64,000 nt of DNA. It comes from an uncultured Actinomycetes bacterium (GTDB lineage Bacteria > Actinomycetota > Coriobacteriia > Anaerosomatales > PHET01). The stretch covers positions 5,453-69,452 of the forward strand of contig CAVYQS010000014.1 of the NCBI GenBank assembly GCA_963770765.1, read 5' to 3'. The first letter of the stretch is position 1, and each line of letters begins with the position of its first letter. Under the pieces are notes generated by a model, which saw nothing but the letters and a program-made list of their open reading frames with translations, did no database searches and was not told the DNA's origin. This document shows, one piece after another, positions 23,231-34,686 of this stretch. The position numbers were made by a program, and so were the translations under genes.

Positions 23231-25302
23231 CGACTTCACGCGACCTCGTCTTCGAGATCGGCACCGAGGAGCTCCCGTCGAGCGCGGTCTACAGCGCGAT
23301 CGAGCAGCTTGCCGCATCGGTCCCCAAGTCCCTCGACGATGCACGCCTGCAGTACGGCGAGGTCACCGTCTACGCGACGCCCCGGCGTCTTGCGGTGCTC
23401 GTGAGCGAGCTTGCAGACCGTCAGTCGGACTCGGTCACCACCGCCAAGGGGCCTGCGGCGAAGGCCGCGTTCGACTCCGAGGGCAAGCCCACTCCCGCTG
23501 CGATCGGTTTCGCCAGGGGCAAGGGCGTGCCGGTGGAGTCTCTGCAGGTCATCGACGACGACAACGGCGCCTACGTGTATGCGACGGTCGAGACGGTGGG
23601 TGTCTCAGCCGCTGAGGTTCTACCCGCGCTGCTCACTCGGCTGATCGAGGGCCTCGACTGGGCCAAGTCGCAAAGGTGGGGGAGCGGCACCGTGCGCTTC
23701 CCGCGCCCCGTGCGCTGGCTGCTTGCGCTGCACGGCAACGACATAGTCCCCGTGACCTTCGGCGACCTCACCGCAGCTGACGTGACCTACGGCCACCGGT
23801 TCCTGAGCGACGGCGCCATCCGGATCTCCTCGGCTGCCGAGTACGCGGGGGCGCTGGAGGCCGGCAAGGTGATCGTCGACCAGAACCGGCGCGCGAAGGT
23901 GCTCCGCGAGGGCATCGAGGCCGCCGGCGGTGCCAGCGGCGGTCGCGCGGTGATCGCCGAGAAGACCTTCGCCGAGGTCGTGAACCTCGTGGAGTGGCCC
24001 ACGATCGGCGTGGGCACCTTCGACGAGGAGTTCTTGGCCGTCCCGCGCGAGATGCTCGAGAACGCGATGGGCAGTCACCAGCGCTACTTCGCCGTCGAGG
24101 ATGCCGAGGGAACGCTTGTGAACCGCTTCATCGTCGCGCACAACGGTTCGCCCGAGCGTACCGAGCAGATCATCCGCGGCCACGAGCGCGTCATCCGCGC
24201 ACGACTGGCCGACGCAGCGTTCTTCTACCACGAGGACCTCAAGCTTCCGCTCGAGGGGTGGCTGCCCAAGCTCGAGTCGGTCGTCTTCCAGGTGAAGCTG
24301 GGTACCGCCGCCGCCAAGGTCGACCGCAACGAGCGTCTCACCTCGAGGCTCGCCGCGATGGTCGACGCTCCCGCCGACGAGACCGCGTTCGCGGAGCGTG
24401 CAGCGCACCTGGCGAAGGCCGACCTGGTCACCAACGCCGTGGTCGAGTTCACGGACCTTCAGGGCGTCATGGGCCGCTACTACGCGCTTGCCGCCGGCGA
24501 AGAGCCGCAGGTGGGCCTCGCCATCGAGGAGCACTACCGCCCGCGCTTCGCCGGCGACGCACTACCCTCCACGCTCGCGGGTCGGCTCGTGTCGATCGCC
24601 GACAAAGTCGACACGATCTGCGGCATCTTCGCCGCAGGTCTTGCCCCCAAGGGCTCCGCGGATCCGTTCGCGCTGCGCCGCAACGCGATCGGCGTGTTGC
24701 AGATGGCGTTGGACGGGACCGCTGTCACGCTCGACGAACTCATCGGCGAGGCTCTTGAATCGCTGGCCGATGTGCTTGAGTTCGATGCAGAGGCGACGGG
24801 CTCCGAGATCAAGGAGTTCTTCGTCACTCGCTTCGAGAAGATCCTGCGCGACCGGGGCCACGCCTACGACACCGTCGCAGCGGTGCTCGCGACTGCCGCC
24901 AACGACCCGGCCGACGCCCTGAAGCGCTGCGAGGCGCTCACCACCTTCCGCGCCGCGAGCGACGTCATGGAGGACCTCTCGGTCGCCTACACGCGCGCGA
25001 AGAACCTCGCCAAGCCCGAACTCGGGGTGGAGGCCGATCCGTCCCTCATGGGCGGCGAGGAGGCCGCACTGGCATCCGCGCTCGACGATGCCGAGAAGGT
25101 CGCAGGGAACGTGTTGGACCAGCGCGCATACTCGGCGCTCCTGCAGACGTATGCGGGGCTCAGAGGTCCGATCGATACGTTCTTCGAGGCCGTGCTCGTC
25201 ATGGACAAGGACCCGGTGCTGCGCGACAACCGCCTCAAGCTGCTGAATCGCTTCGTGGCGCTGTTCGGTGTCTTCGCCGACTTCAGCAAGCTTGCGGGGT
25301 AG
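23227..25302 (+). CDS. glyS: Glycyl-tRNA synthetase beta subunit
   Basis: It is 691 aa, has a 4-nt overlap with glyQ, and shows GlyS motifs ([16 protein letters not shown]). Confidence 0.93.
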   Translation: MTTSRDLVFEIGTEELPSSAVYSAIEQLAASVPKSLDDARLQYGEVTVYATPRRLAVLVSELADRQSDSVTTAKGPAAKAAFDSEGKPTPAAIGFARGKGVPVESLQVIDDDNGAYVYATVETVGVSAAEVLPALLTRLIEGLDWAKSQRWGSGTVRFPRPVRWLLALHGNDIVPVTFGDLTAADVTYGHRFLSDGAIRISSAAEYAGALEAGKVIVDQNRRAKVLREGIEAAGGASGGRAVIAEKTFAEVVNLVEWPTIGVGTFDEEFLAVPREMLENAMGSHQRYFAVEDAEGTLVNRFIVAHNGSPERTEQIIRGHERVIRARLADAAFFYHEDLKLPLEGWLPKLESVVFQVKLGTAAAKVDRNERLTSRLAAMVDAPADETAFAERAAHLAKADLVTNAVVEFTDLQGVMGRYYALAAGEEPQVGLAIEEHYRPRFAGDALPSTLAGRLVSIADKVDTICGIFAAGLAPKGSADPFALRRNAIGVLQMALDGTAVTLDELIGEALESLADVLEFDAEATGSEIKEFFVTRFEKILRDRGHAYDTVAAVLATAANDPADALKRCEALTTFRAASDVMEDLSVAYTRAKNLAKPELGVEADPSLMGGEEAALASALDDAEKVAGNVLDQRAYSALLQTYAGLRGPIDTFFEAVLVMDKDPVLRDNRLKLLNRFVALFGVFADFSKLAG

Positions 25303-25309
25303 GAGAACC

Positions 25310-26131
25310 GTGACTGAGGGTTTGCCGATCTCGATCCATGTGGTCTCGGACTCCCTCGGTGAGACCGGCGAGATGGTCGCCCGAGCGGCGGCGGGTCAGT
25401 TCGAGCCCGAAGCGTTCAGGATAGAGCGTCTGCCCAAGATCCGTACTCCCGAGCAGCTGCGACAAGAGGTGAAGTCGCACTGCGGTGAGTACTGCCTCTT
25501 CTTCTACACGCTGGTCGATCCCTCCCTGTGCGCCGAGATGGAGCAGCTGTGCCGAGAAGGCGCGAACGGTGTCGACCTGTTGAGTCCCGCGGTCCGGCTG
25601 CTGACCGACACGACCGGTTACGTCTCCACCGGCGAAGTGGGCTCGATCCGGCGAACCGATGAGGACTACTTCGATCGCATCGAGGCCATGGAGTTCGCCG
25701 TCAAGCACGACGACGGGCGCAACCCCGAGGGCTACGTGGACGCTGATGTGGTCCTCGTCGGCGTCTCTCGTACCAGCAAGACCCCGCTTGCCATGTATCT
25801 GGCGTTCAAGGGGATCCGCTGCGCGAACATCCCGCTTGCGCCGGGAATGACACCTCCCGAGGAGCTGTTCACGGTGGATCCTCGGAAGGTATTCGGACTT
25901 GTGACCGACCCCGAAGTGCTGCTCGAGATCCGCAAGGAGCGCATGCGCGAGTTGGGCACCTGGGTCCCGCGGTATGCCGAGCGCGAGGCGGTCGAGGCTG
26001 AGCTCGATGAGGCCCGGGCACTCATGCGCCGGCTCGGCTGCCTGGTGGTGCACACCGACAACCGCGCGGTCGAGGAGGCGGCGCAGGAGATACTGCGCCA
26101 CCTGGCCAGCGGTACACGGACGAAGGACTGA
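25310..26131 (+). CDS. Pyruvate,phosphate dikinase regulatory protein (DUF299 kinase/pyrophosphorylase)
   Basis: It has the motifs IHVVSDSLGET and the P-loop GVSRTSKTP. GTG 25310 follows an AGGAGA RBS. It lies directly upstream of ppdK. Confidence 0.85.
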   Translation: MTEGLPISIHVVSDSLGETGEMVARAAAGQFEPEAFRIERLPKIRTPEQLRQEVKSHCGEYCLFFYTLVDPSLCAEMEQLCREGANGVDLLSPAVRLLTDTTGYVSTGEVGSIRRTDEDYFDRIEAMEFAVKHDDGRNPEGYVDADVVLVGVSRTSKTPLAMYLAFKGIRCANIPLAPGMTPPEELFTVDPRKVFGLVTDPEVLLEIRKERMRELGTWVPRYAEREAVEAELDEARALMRRLGCLVVHTDNRAVEEAAQEILRHLASGTRTKD

Positions 26132-26148
26132 CACGAGGGCATCATCAT

Positions 26149-26166
26149 GCGCGCGAGCGCGCGTTT
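26149..26166 (+). terminator. Short GC hairpin (GCGCGCG-A-GCGCGCG region) followed by TTT after the PPDK regulator gene
   Basis: The structure was read directly. The stem is short, so this is a weak call. Confidence 0.3.
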
Positions 26167-26219
26167 AGGTACGGTATCATTCGGTTCGCTGGGTCAACCG
26201 CACAGTAGGGAGAGGGAAG

Positions 26220-28946
26220 TTGTCGGACCTCAAGCGCGTGTATGCATTCGGCGGCGGTCGCACCGAGGGCAACAAGGAGATGAAGTTCATCCTTGGTGGC
26301 AAGGGAGCGAACCTCGCTGAGATGGCCAACATGGGCCTGCCTGTTCCCCCGGGCTTCACCATCACCTGCCAGGCTTGCATGGAGTATTACGACTCCACGC
26401 CGCCCTCGTTCCCGGCGGGCCTGTCCGAGGAGATCGCGACCTACATCGCCGAGCTCGAGACCAAGATGGGCAAGAAGCTGGGTGACCCGGCCGACCCGCT
26501 GCTCGTGTCAGTGAGGAGTGGATCACCGTTCTCGATGCCCGGCATGATGGACACGGTCCTCAATCTCGGGCTCAACGACGTCTCTGTGCAGGGGGTCATC
26601 GCCCAGACCGGCAACGAGCGGTTCGCGTGGGACAGCTACCGCCGCTTCGTTCAGATGTTCTCCAAGGTCGTGCTGGACGTCGAGGGCGACCTGTTCGAGA
26701 ACGCGATCAGCAAGATGAAGCTCGATCGCGGCGTGAGAATCGACACCGACCTCTCCGCAGAGGACCTTCGCGAGCTCACGGGAGCCTTCAAGAAGATCGT
26801 GAGAGATCACGTCGACGCGGCTGAGTTCCCCGCGCTCGTGGGGCCTGACGGCAAGATCGCCTTCCCTCAAGACGTCACGCAACAGCTTCACCTGGCCATC
26901 GAGGCCGTCTTCAGGAGCTGGAACAACCGGCGGGCCATCGACTATCGCCGCATGGAGCGCATCGACGGTGATCTCGGTACCGCGGTCAACGTGCAGACGA
27001 TGGTCTTCGGCAACAAGGGCGAGACGTCCGCAACCGGCGTCGGCTTCACCAGGAACCCCGCCGACGGCACCAACGAGTACTACGGTGACTTCCTCACCAA
27101 CGCCCAGGGCGAAGACGTGGTCGCGGGAATCCGCAACACCGAGCCGATCTCGGAGCTGAAGAAGGTGCCGAGCCTGGAGGCCGCTGGGGCGGAGCTCGAC
27201 GCGGTCTTCGCGACCCTGGAGAACGCCTATCGTGACATGTGCGACATCGAGTTCACCATCGAGCAGGGCAAGCTGTGGATGCTCCAGACCCGGGTGGGGA
27301 AGCGAACCGCGCGCGCGGCTCTCAAGATCGCCGTCGACATGGTCAGCGAGGGCACCATCACGCGCGAGGAAGCCGTGCTTCGCATCGACGCCGACCAGCT
27401 CGACCAACTGCTGCACCCGCAGTTCGATGCGACGGCCGACTACGACGTTGTCGCCAAGGGCCTTAACGCCTCCCCGGGCGCGGCCGTCGGCGAGGTCGTC
27501 TTCTCGGCAGACGAGGCCGAGGAGGCCACCGCAGCCGGACGCAAGGTCATCCTGGTCAGATGGGAGACGACCCCCGATGACCTGCACGGCATGATCGCCG
27601 CCCAAGGGATCCTCACGTCGCATGGCGGCAAGACCTCTCATGCAGCGGTGGTCGCTCGTGGCATGGGCAAGCCCTGTGTGTGCGGCGCCGAGAAGCTCAA
27701 GATCGATGCTGCCAGCAAGCGGGCGACGATCGACGGCACCGATATCGTGCTCTCCGAGGGCGACGTCATCTCGATCGATGGCACCACCGGGATCGTCGTC
27801 TTGGGTGCCGTCGAGCTGGTACAGCCCGAGGTCAGCGGTGACTTCGACACCATCCTCGCCTGGGCCGACGAGTTCCGAACCACCGGAGTCCGGGCCAACG
27901 CCGACACCCCCGATGACGCGGCTCTGGGTCGCTCCTTCGGTGCTGCAGGCATCGGCCTGTGTCGTACGGAGCACATGTTCCTCGGCGAGCGCAAAGACAT
28001 CATCCAGCGCTTCGTCTTGAACGAGGAGCCGGAGATCCGTGGTGCCGCTCTCGCAGAGCTACTCGAGGCTCAGACAGCCGACTACCTGGGCATCTTCGCT
28101 GCGATGGACGGGTTGCCGGTCACGGTCCGACTGCTCGACCCGCCGCTCCACGAGTTCCTCGACTCACCGCGCGAACTGGAAGTCGAGATCGTCAAGGCCG
28201 AGTGCGCCGGAGCACCCGCGACGGAGCTGGCCGACAAGCGCAAGCTGCTCGCGCAGATCGACGCGATGGCCGAGATGAACCCGATGCTCGGACTGCGTGG
28301 CTGCCGACTGGGCATCATGTTCCCCGAGCTCTACGCGATGCAGGCGCGCGCCATCACACTCGCGGCGTGTCAGCTCAAGAAGGACGGCAAGGACCCTCGG
28401 CCCGAGATCATGATCCCGCTCGTATCGGTGAAGGCAGAGCTCGAGATCCTGCGCGCCGAGTGCGAGAAGATCGTCGCTGAGGTCAAGGCTGAGTGCGGGG
28501 TCGAGATCGACATCCCCATCGGCACGATGATCGAACTGCCGCGAGCAGCGATCACCGCCGACGAGATCGGCGAGGTCGCCGACTTCTTCAGCTTCGGCAC
28601 CAATGACCTGACGCAGACTACCTTCGGGTTCTCCCGCGACGACATCGAGAGCAAGTTCCTCCCGCGGTATCTCGAGCGCAAGGTGCTGCCGAGGAACCCG
28701 TTCGAGACGATCGATGAGGGTGTCGCGAAGCTCGTCGAGATCGGGTGCCAGCTGGGTCGTGTGGCCAATCCCAAGATCAAGCTCGGTGTGTGCGGCGAGC
28801 ACGGGGGCGACCCCGATTCAGTCAAGCGGTTCTATGCGGCCGGACTGGACTACGTGAGCTGCTCGCCGTACAGAGTGCCGTTGGCGCGGCTCGCTGCCGC
28901 ACAGGCAGCGCTGGCGGCTGTGGCGCCCGGGTCGGACAACAGCTAG
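26220..28946 (+). CDS. ppdK: Pyruvate,phosphate dikinase
   Basis: It is 908 aa, with the ATP-grasp N-terminus, the phospho-His region GGKTSHAAVVARGMG and the PEP-utilising TIM barrel (FFSFGTNDLTQ). Confidence 0.96.
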   Translation: MSDLKRVYAFGGGRTEGNKEMKFILGGKGANLAEMANMGLPVPPGFTITCQACMEYYDSTPPSFPAGLSEEIATYIAELETKMGKKLGDPADPLLVSVRSGSPFSMPGMMDTVLNLGLNDVSVQGVIAQTGNERFAWDSYRRFVQMFSKVVLDVEGDLFENAISKMKLDRGVRIDTDLSAEDLRELTGAFKKIVRDHVDAAEFPALVGPDGKIAFPQDVTQQLHLAIEAVFRSWNNRRAIDYRRMERIDGDLGTAVNVQTMVFGNKGETSATGVGFTRNPADGTNEYYGDFLTNAQGEDVVAGIRNTEPISELKKVPSLEAAGAELDAVFATLENAYRDMCDIEFTIEQGKLWMLQTRVGKRTARAALKIAVDMVSEGTITREEAVLRIDADQLDQLLHPQFDATADYDVVAKGLNASPGAAVGEVVFSADEAEEATAAGRKVILVRWETTPDDLHGMIAAQGILTSHGGKTSHAAVVARGMGKPCVCGAEKLKIDAASKRATIDGTDIVLSEGDVISIDGTTGIVVLGAVELVQPEVSGDFDTILAWADEFRTTGVRANADTPDDAALGRSFGAAGIGLCRTEHMFLGERKDIIQRFVLNEEPEIRGAALAELLEAQTADYLGIFAAMDGLPVTVRLLDPPLHEFLDSPRELEVEIVKAECAGAPATELADKRKLLAQIDAMAEMNPMLGLRGCRLGIMFPELYAMQARAITLAACQLKKDGKDPRPEIMIPLVSVKAELEILRAECEKIVAEVKAECGVEIDIPIGTMIELPRAAITADEIGEVADFFSFGTNDLTQTTFGFSRDDIESKFLPRYLERKVLPRNPFETIDEGVAKLVEIGCQLGRVANPKIKLGVCGEHGGDPDSVKRFYAAGLDYVSCSPYRVPLARLAAAQAALAAVAPGSDNS

Positions 28947-29363
28947 ATGAGCAGGGGCTCGAGGGGGACCGACCTCTCGAGCCCCGATTCCATCAAGGGG
29001 ATGTCGTTGAAGGGCACCAGGCTCTGGAAGCCGGCGGGTTCGCCTCTGATTCAGGGGCGGTCTCGCCGTGAACGCCCGTTCGTCTTCGACTGGATCTCCG
29101 GGTCGGTCGTCGGCTTCCTCGTGGGCTGCGCGATCGTCATCGCAGTCTCCGCAGCCCGGGGGACCGACGTCGTCACGGCGCTGCAGTCTACGTGGCCGCC
29201 TGCTGTTCCCGCCGCTGCGGGGGGTTCTGCAATGGGAGTCTCGCTCGGTCGTCACTTCGGATGGCATCCCCGGTGGATCGCTGGCGCTACCGTCGGGGCG
29301 CTGACGGTCGTTGTGGCGACGGTCGCTTATGCGTGGTTCACCGTTGCTCGTCTTGGAGGCTGA
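28947..29363 (+). CDS. Hypothetical small membrane protein
   Basis: The ORF abuts the ppdK stop and has three hydrophobic segments. No motif is recognisable, and coding status rests only on position and hydrophobicity. Confidence 0.35.
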   Translation: MSRGSRGTDLSSPDSIKGMSLKGTRLWKPAGSPLIQGRSRRERPFVFDWISGSVVGFLVGCAIVIAVSAARGTDVVTALQSTWPPAVPAAAGGSAMGVSLGRHFGWHPRWIAGATVGALTVVVATVAYAWFTVARLGG

Positions 29364-29371
29364 AGTCGTAC

Positions 29372-30418
29372 GTGGAACACCCATCTTCGGTAGTCACGCG
29401 CGAGATCGCTGAGCGGCAGGAGTACGAGCGGCTTTCGCCCCTGGCAGCGAAGTCCGCCGAGTCACGGGGCCGAGAGGTGCGGTTGGATCCCGATCCGTAC
29501 CGAACCGATTTCCAGCGCGATCGGGACCGGATCATCCATTCGAAGGCGTTCAGACGCCTCTCTCACAAGACGCAGGTCTTCCTCGCTCCGGAGGGCGACC
29601 ACTACCGCACACGCTTGACGCACACGCTCGAGGTGTCGCAGATAGCGCGCTCCATCTCGCGCGCGCTGCGGCTCAACGAGGATCTGACCGAGGCGATCGC
29701 ACTCGGTCATGACCTTGGCCACACGCCGTTCGGGCACACGGGTGAGGAGGCGCTCAACGATGCGCTGCTCGCGTGCCGGGATCGCCACCCTTCGGCGCCT
29801 GAGCGTTTTCGCCACAACCAGCAGTCTCTTCGGATCATCGAGCACCTGGAGTACGAGGGCAAGGGCCTGAACCTCACCGTGGAGGTTCGCGACGGGATCC
29901 TCGGACATACCGGCGAACACATGCCGTGCACGCTCGAGGGGCGGATCGTGAGGATCGCCGATCGGATCGCCTACGTGAACCACGACATCGACGACGCCAT
30001 CAGAGGCGGCGTCTTGACCGAGGGTGATCTGCCCGGGGAACCGTGTGAGGTACTCGGCCACAACCATGGGCGGCGCATCAAGACGATGGTGGACTCGATG
30101 ATCGCTGAGTCGGCGGATTCAGACGAGATCCGCATGGCCCCCGAGATATGGGATGCGATGATGGAGCTCAGGAGGTTCCTCTTCGAGAACGTGTACTTCT
30201 CCGCTCGCGCGAAAGCCGAGGAACCGAAAGCGTACCGGGTGGTTCAAGCGCTCTTCGAGCACTACTTGGATCACCCTGACGAGCTACCCCCGGACGCCTG
30301 TCCGGGCGACGAATCACAGCTCGTCTGGTGCGTCATGGACTATATCGCCGGGATGACTGACCGCTTCGCTATACGTGATTACGAGCGGCTCTTCGTTCCG
30401 AGGAAGTGGCTGGTGTGA
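29372..30418 (+). CDS. dgt: dGTPase-like HD-domain triphosphohydrolase
   Basis: It has the motifs RDRIIHSKAFRRL and HTLEVSQIARS...GHDLGHTPFGH. GTG 29372 is preferred over the long upstream extension. Confidence 0.85.
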   Translation: MEHPSSVVTREIAERQEYERLSPLAAKSAESRGREVRLDPDPYRTDFQRDRDRIIHSKAFRRLSHKTQVFLAPEGDHYRTRLTHTLEVSQIARSISRALRLNEDLTEAIALGHDLGHTPFGHTGEEALNDALLACRDRHPSAPERFRHNQQSLRIIEHLEYEGKGLNLTVEVRDGILGHTGEHMPCTLEGRIVRIADRIAYVNHDIDDAIRGGVLTEGDLPGEPCEVLGHNHGRRIKTMVDSMIAESADSDEIRMAPEIWDAMMELRRFLFENVYFSARAKAEEPKAYRVVQALFEHYLDHPDELPPDACPGDESQLVWCVMDYIAGMTDRFAIRDYERLFVPRKWLV

Positions 30419-30544
30419 CAGGGATGTTTCGTATGGCATACTTATGCGCCGAGAGTCGGTACTGAGGGGGCTCTCTATCCACAGGGGACATCGCTGCGCG
30501 AGGCGCGGCGTCAACGCTTGCAGATGTAGGGAAGGAGAGGGTGA

Positions 30545-32713
30545 ATGTCAGGGGCAATCGCGTGGCTAGCGCCTCTATCGGCCGTCTTGGGCCTTGGGGT
30601 TGCGGCGTTCTTGGGTTCTTGGGTTCTGAAACAGGATCCGGGCAACGCCAAGATGCAGGAGATCTCGCTGGCCACACAGGAGGGCGCGATGGCGTTCCTC
30701 AAGGCGGAATGGCGGGTTCTTATCGTGTTCGCGGGAGCGGTCTTCGTGGCGCTGACGTTCGCGATGGGCGCCGGCGACCTCACGAAGGGCCTCATGACGG
30801 GCTTCGCGTTCCTGACCGGCGCCTTCTTGTCGGCAGCTGCAGGCTACGTGGGAATGTACGTCGCCACACGCGCCAACACACGAACGGCGCAGGCTGCGAC
30901 GACCGGTATCGCCAAGGCACTCAACGTGGCGTTCCGCTCCGGACTGACGATGGGCCTGACGGTCGCTTCGTTCGGCCTGTTCGGTCTGTCGCTGTGGGTC
31001 ATCTTCCTCATCCTCAACGGCGAGACTCCCCAGCCTGAGATCGTCAACGGCTTCGCCCTCGGTGCCAGCTCGATCGCGCTGTTCGCGCGTGTGGGCGGTG
31101 GCATCTACACGAAGGCGGCCGACGTCGGCGCCGACCTCGTGGGCAAGGTCGAAGCGGGCATCCCCGAAGACGATCCTCGCAACCCGGCGGTCATCGCCGA
31201 CAACGTGGGCGACAACGTGGGCGACGTTGCCGGCATGGGTGCCGACCTCTTCGAGAGCTATGTGGGCTCGATCTTGGCTCCCATCGTTCTCGCGCTCGCG
31301 CTGTGGGGCGGCATCACACTCGAGAAGCTCACGCTCCTGAAGGTCAACGGCGAGGTCTTCGCTCTGCAGAAGATCGTCGAGGTCGCGCCTAAGGACCTGA
31401 CGTTCGGCATCGTCACCCCGCTGCTGATCGCAGCGCTCGGAATCGTGGCGTCGATCATCGGCCTGTTCGCCGTTCGCGCCAAGGAGGGCGGCAACCTCCA
31501 CACGGCGCTGAATGTCGGAACCTACGTGGCGGCGGGTCTTGAGGTCGTGGCGATGGCAGGACTGTTCTACCTGTGGGCACAGGGTGTGGGCGACATGTCC
31601 CGCATGTGGTACTTCGGCTCCGTTGTCTTGGGCCTTGCCGCAGGTATCGCGATCGGCCAGATCACCGAGTACTACTGCTCCGACCACTACAAGCCGGTCA
31701 AGGGCATCGCGGAAGCATCCGAGACGGGTGCCGCGACGAACATCATCTCGGGTCTCGGCGTGGGAATGATCTCGACGGTCGGCCCCATCCTCGTGGTCGC
31801 AGTCGCCATCTGGGGCGCCTACTTCATGGGCAACCTCGCCGTGCCGTGGAGCACGACCTCCGGCATATACGGAATCGCCCTTGCCGCGCTGGGCATGCTG
31901 TCGATCACCGCCATCACAGTCGGTGTGGACGCCTACGGACCGGTGGCCGACAACGCCGGCGGTATCGCGGAGATGGCTCACATGGATCCGAGCATCCGCA
32001 AGATCACCGATTCGCTGGACTCGGTGGGCAACACCACCGCCGCCATCGCCAAGGGCTTTGCGATCGGCTCGGCTGGTCTTACGGCTCTGGCCCTCTTCAC
32101 CGCGTTCCGCACCACGATCGCCACTGGTGGCATCAAGCTTGACCTGTCACTTGAGAACCCCTACATCGTCGTGGGTCTCTTCGTGGGGGCGATGCTCCCG
32201 TTCCTGTTCGGCGCACTGACCATGAACGCCGTGGGACGCGCCGCGTTCGCGATGATCGGCGAGGTACGCCGTCAGTTCAAGGAGATCCCGGGACTGCTTG
32301 CGGGCGATGAGAACGCTCGGCCCGACTACGCGGCGTGCGTCGACATCGCCACCAAGGGCGCGCTCAAGGAGATGATCGTCCCCGGCGTGCTCGCTGTCGT
32401 CGTCCCGATCGGCCTGGGCATCCTGAACCTCGAGATCCTTGGCGGTTTCCTCGCCGGAGCCACGGTTTCGGGCTTCTTGCTCGCGATCATGATGGCCAAC
32501 GCCGGTGGCGCGTGGGACAACGCCAAGAAGTACATCGAGGGTGGCGCCCACGGCGGCAAGGGCTCTGAAGCCCATAAGGCCGCGGTCGTCGGCGACACCG
32601 TCGGCGACCCGTTCAAGGACACCTCCGGTCCGGCCATGAACATCCTCATCAAGCTCATGACCGTCGTGGCATTGGTTTTTGCCCCGCTGTTCCTGCGGGT
32701 GCACGGCGGCTAG
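30545..32713 (+). CDS. hppA: Membrane-integral ion-pumping pyrophosphatase (K+-dependent type by motif)
   Basis: It is 722 aa with ~16 TM helices and the motifs DNVGDNVGD and GGAWDNAKK. The [10 protein letters not shown] motif carries Ala rather than Lys at the position reported to separate K+-dependent from K+-independent enzymes. Confidence 0.95.
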   Translation: MSGAIAWLAPLSAVLGLGVAAFLGSWVLKQDPGNAKMQEISLATQEGAMAFLKAEWRVLIVFAGAVFVALTFAMGAGDLTKGLMTGFAFLTGAFLSAAAGYVGMYVATRANTRTAQAATTGIAKALNVAFRSGLTMGLTVASFGLFGLSLWVIFLILNGETPQPEIVNGFALGASSIALFARVGGGIYTKAADVGADLVGKVEAGIPEDDPRNPAVIADNVGDNVGDVAGMGADLFESYVGSILAPIVLALALWGGITLEKLTLLKVNGEVFALQKIVEVAPKDLTFGIVTPLLIAALGIVASIIGLFAVRAKEGGNLHTALNVGTYVAAGLEVVAMAGLFYLWAQGVGDMSRMWYFGSVVLGLAAGIAIGQITEYYCSDHYKPVKGIAEASETGAATNIISGLGVGMISTVGPILVVAVAIWGAYFMGNLAVPWSTTSGIYGIALAALGMLSITAITVGVDAYGPVADNAGGIAEMAHMDPSIRKITDSLDSVGNTTAAIAKGFAIGSAGLTALALFTAFRTTIATGGIKLDLSLENPYIVVGLFVGAMLPFLFGALTMNAVGRAAFAMIGEVRRQFKEIPGLLAGDENARPDYAACVDIATKGALKEMIVPGVLAVVVPIGLGILNLEILGGFLAGATVSGFLLAIMMANAGGAWDNAKKYIEGGAHGGKGSEAHKAAVVGDTVGDPFKDTSGPAMNILIKLMTVVALVFAPLFLRVHGG

Positions 32714-32772
32714 TGCGTCTCAGCCTGTCGCCATGGTGCGCGACAGGTGTGTCGATTGGGTATGACTCGTCA

Positions 32773-32797
32773 GGCGGGGGCCATCGCGGCCCCCGCC
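32773..32797 (+). terminator. Strong hairpin GGCGGGGGCC-ATCGC-GGCCCCCGCC downstream of hppA
   Basis: The 10-bp perfect GC stem was read directly. A second 8-bp hairpin lies at 32724..32747. There is no clear U-tract. Confidence 0.55.
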
Positions 32798-32825
32798 TCA
32801 CGCGCTTGAGAGGGGAGGTCGTACC

Positions 32826-34643
32826 GTGGGACGAATCACCGATGAAGACGTCACGCGGGTTCGTGACGCGACCGACCTCATCTCGGTGATCGGCGAGCGG
32901 GTCGTCTTGAGGCAGAAGGGACGGCTCTTCTGGGGCCTGTGCCCGTTTCACGGCGAGAAGACGCCGTCGTTCAAGGTGGATCCTGCCACTCAGCTGTGGC
33001 ACTGCTTCGGCTGTGGTCTGGGCGGCGACGTGTTCGGCTTCGTGATGAAGACCGACAACGTGGAGTTCCCCGACTCCGTGCGCATGCTCGCCGACAGGGC
33101 GAACATCGAGCTCCACGAGGAGCAGGGCGGCGTCCCCAGGGGTCACAAGGAGCGGCTGTTCGCGGTTCTCGATGAGACCGCCGAGTTCTACCATCGAGCT
33201 CTGACCGGTTCTCGCGAAGGCTCTGCAGCAGCCGGACGTGAGTACCTTGCGAACCGCGGCTTCGGCAGTGATGTCGCGAAGTCGTGGCGCCTGGGTTATG
33301 CGCAAGGGCGCGGCTCGCTGACGAGGCACCTGACCGGCAAGGGCTACAGCGCCGAAGAGCTCGTGGATGCCAACGTCGCCTTGCGTGGCGACGATGGGAG
33401 TCTCAAGGACCGCTTCTACGACCGCATCATGTTCCCGATCGCCGATCTGCAGGGCCGCGTGATCGCGTTTGGCGGGAGGGTCGTCAATCGAGGCGAACCG
33501 AAGTACCTCAACACCAACGACACGCCGGTGTTCCACAAGTCCGCGAACCTCTACGCCATCGACCGCGCCAAGGGGCCGATCACAGCGACGGGTACGGCTA
33601 TCGTCGCCGAAGGCTACACCGATGTGATCGCTCTCCATGAGGCGGGGTTCACCTCGACCGTTGCGGCCCTCGGTACCGCCCTCACCCGCCAGCACGTGAA
33701 GCTGCTCGGTCGTTTCGCCAAGCGGATCGTCTACCTGTTCGATGGCGATGAAGCGGGGCTTCGGGCCGCCGACCGGGCGGTCGAGTTCGTTGACCGTGAC
33801 GTCACCCCCGAGGCGGGCAACTCCCGCGTTGAACTGGCCGTGGCAGTGCTTCCTCAAGGCCTCGACCCCGCCGACTTCGTCGCTCAGCAGGGAGCGGACA
33901 GTCTGCGCGCAGTCATCGAGTCAGCGGAGCCTCTCTTGCGGTTCGCCATCGACCGGCGCCTCGCTCGGTGGGATCTCGATCGTCCCGAGGAGAGAGCGCG
34001 GGCCCTGAAGGATGCTGCGGCGGTTCTGGCCCCGATCAAGGAGTCGCTGCTTGCTTCTGACTACGCGAACTACATAGCAGACAGACTCTTCACCGATCAG
34101 GCGATCGTCGCGCGCGCTGTCATGCAGAGCGTGGCTCACGCACCGTCGGATCGTGTGGCAGGTGTCGAGACGCAGCCGCAGCCGGCACAACCGGTTGTCA
34201 CGCCTCGGCAGCGCGCCGAACGCGAGCTTCTTGGACTGCTGGTCAGAACGGTGCGATTGCGTGAGAGGGCACGGCAGTTGCTTGCAGACAACCTGCTGGC
34301 TGATGAGTCCCACGTCGAGATGGCGAAGGTCATCGCCGAGGTGGGGCGCACCGTGAGTGCCTCGGTTCTGGTCGGGCGGCTCGACGACCGCGTTCCCGGC
34401 GCCGCAGCGGCACTGGCCGGAGCCGAAGTGGACGCCGATGACGACGCGCGAGCCGAGGTGCTCGCCGACGATCTGACGCGCCGCATCAAGGAGTTCGAGC
34501 TCGAACGGCGAATAGCCGCTGGGAAGGCCCGACTCAAACAGGGTGGTTCGCTCAAGGACCCGCTCGAGTATGACGAGGTATTCAGGGAACTCGCATCGCT
34601 GGAGCAGCAGCTCGCAGCGGTGCGTCGTCGTGCTGGCGACTGA
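32826..34643 (+). CDS. dnaG: DNA primase
   Basis: It has the CHC2 zinc finger ([11 protein letters not shown]...[13 protein letters not shown]) and the TOPRIM domain ([20 protein letters not shown]). Confidence 0.95.
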   Translation: MGRITDEDVTRVRDATDLISVIGERVVLRQKGRLFWGLCPFHGEKTPSFKVDPATQLWHCFGCGLGGDVFGFVMKTDNVEFPDSVRMLADRANIELHEEQGGVPRGHKERLFAVLDETAEFYHRALTGSREGSAAAGREYLANRGFGSDVAKSWRLGYAQGRGSLTRHLTGKGYSAEELVDANVALRGDDGSLKDRFYDRIMFPIADLQGRVIAFGGRVVNRGEPKYLNTNDTPVFHKSANLYAIDRAKGPITATGTAIVAEGYTDVIALHEAGFTSTVAALGTALTRQHVKLLGRFAKRIVYLFDGDEAGLRAADRAVEFVDRDVTPEAGNSRVELAVAVLPQGLDPADFVAQQGADSLRAVIESAEPLLRFAIDRRLARWDLDRPEERARALKDAAAVLAPIKESLLASDYANYIADRLFTDQAIVARAVMQSVAHAPSDRVAGVETQPQPAQPVVTPRQRAERELLGLLVRTVRLRERARQLLADNLLADESHVEMAKVIAEVGRTVSASVLVGRLDDRVPGAAAALAGAEVDADDDARAEVLADDLTRRIKEFELERRIAAGKARLKQGGSLKDPLEYDEVFRELASLEQQLAAVRRRAGD

Positions 34644-34686
34644 GCTGAAGAAACGGGACGAAGGTCCCTTGCGACCAAGGAGAAGC

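Noticed and set aside
28947-29363. Possibility that the ppdK-dgt gap ORF, or the overlapping 29192 extension of dgt, encodes something special.
   Set aside because: I found no motifs and no evidence beyond hydrophobic segments. It is kept only as a low-confidence hypothetical CDS.
30436-30447. Small palindrome GCATA-CT-TATGC upstream of hppA as an operator.
   Set aside because: It has only 5-bp arms and is easily expected by chance. No supporting promoter geometry or second copy was seen.
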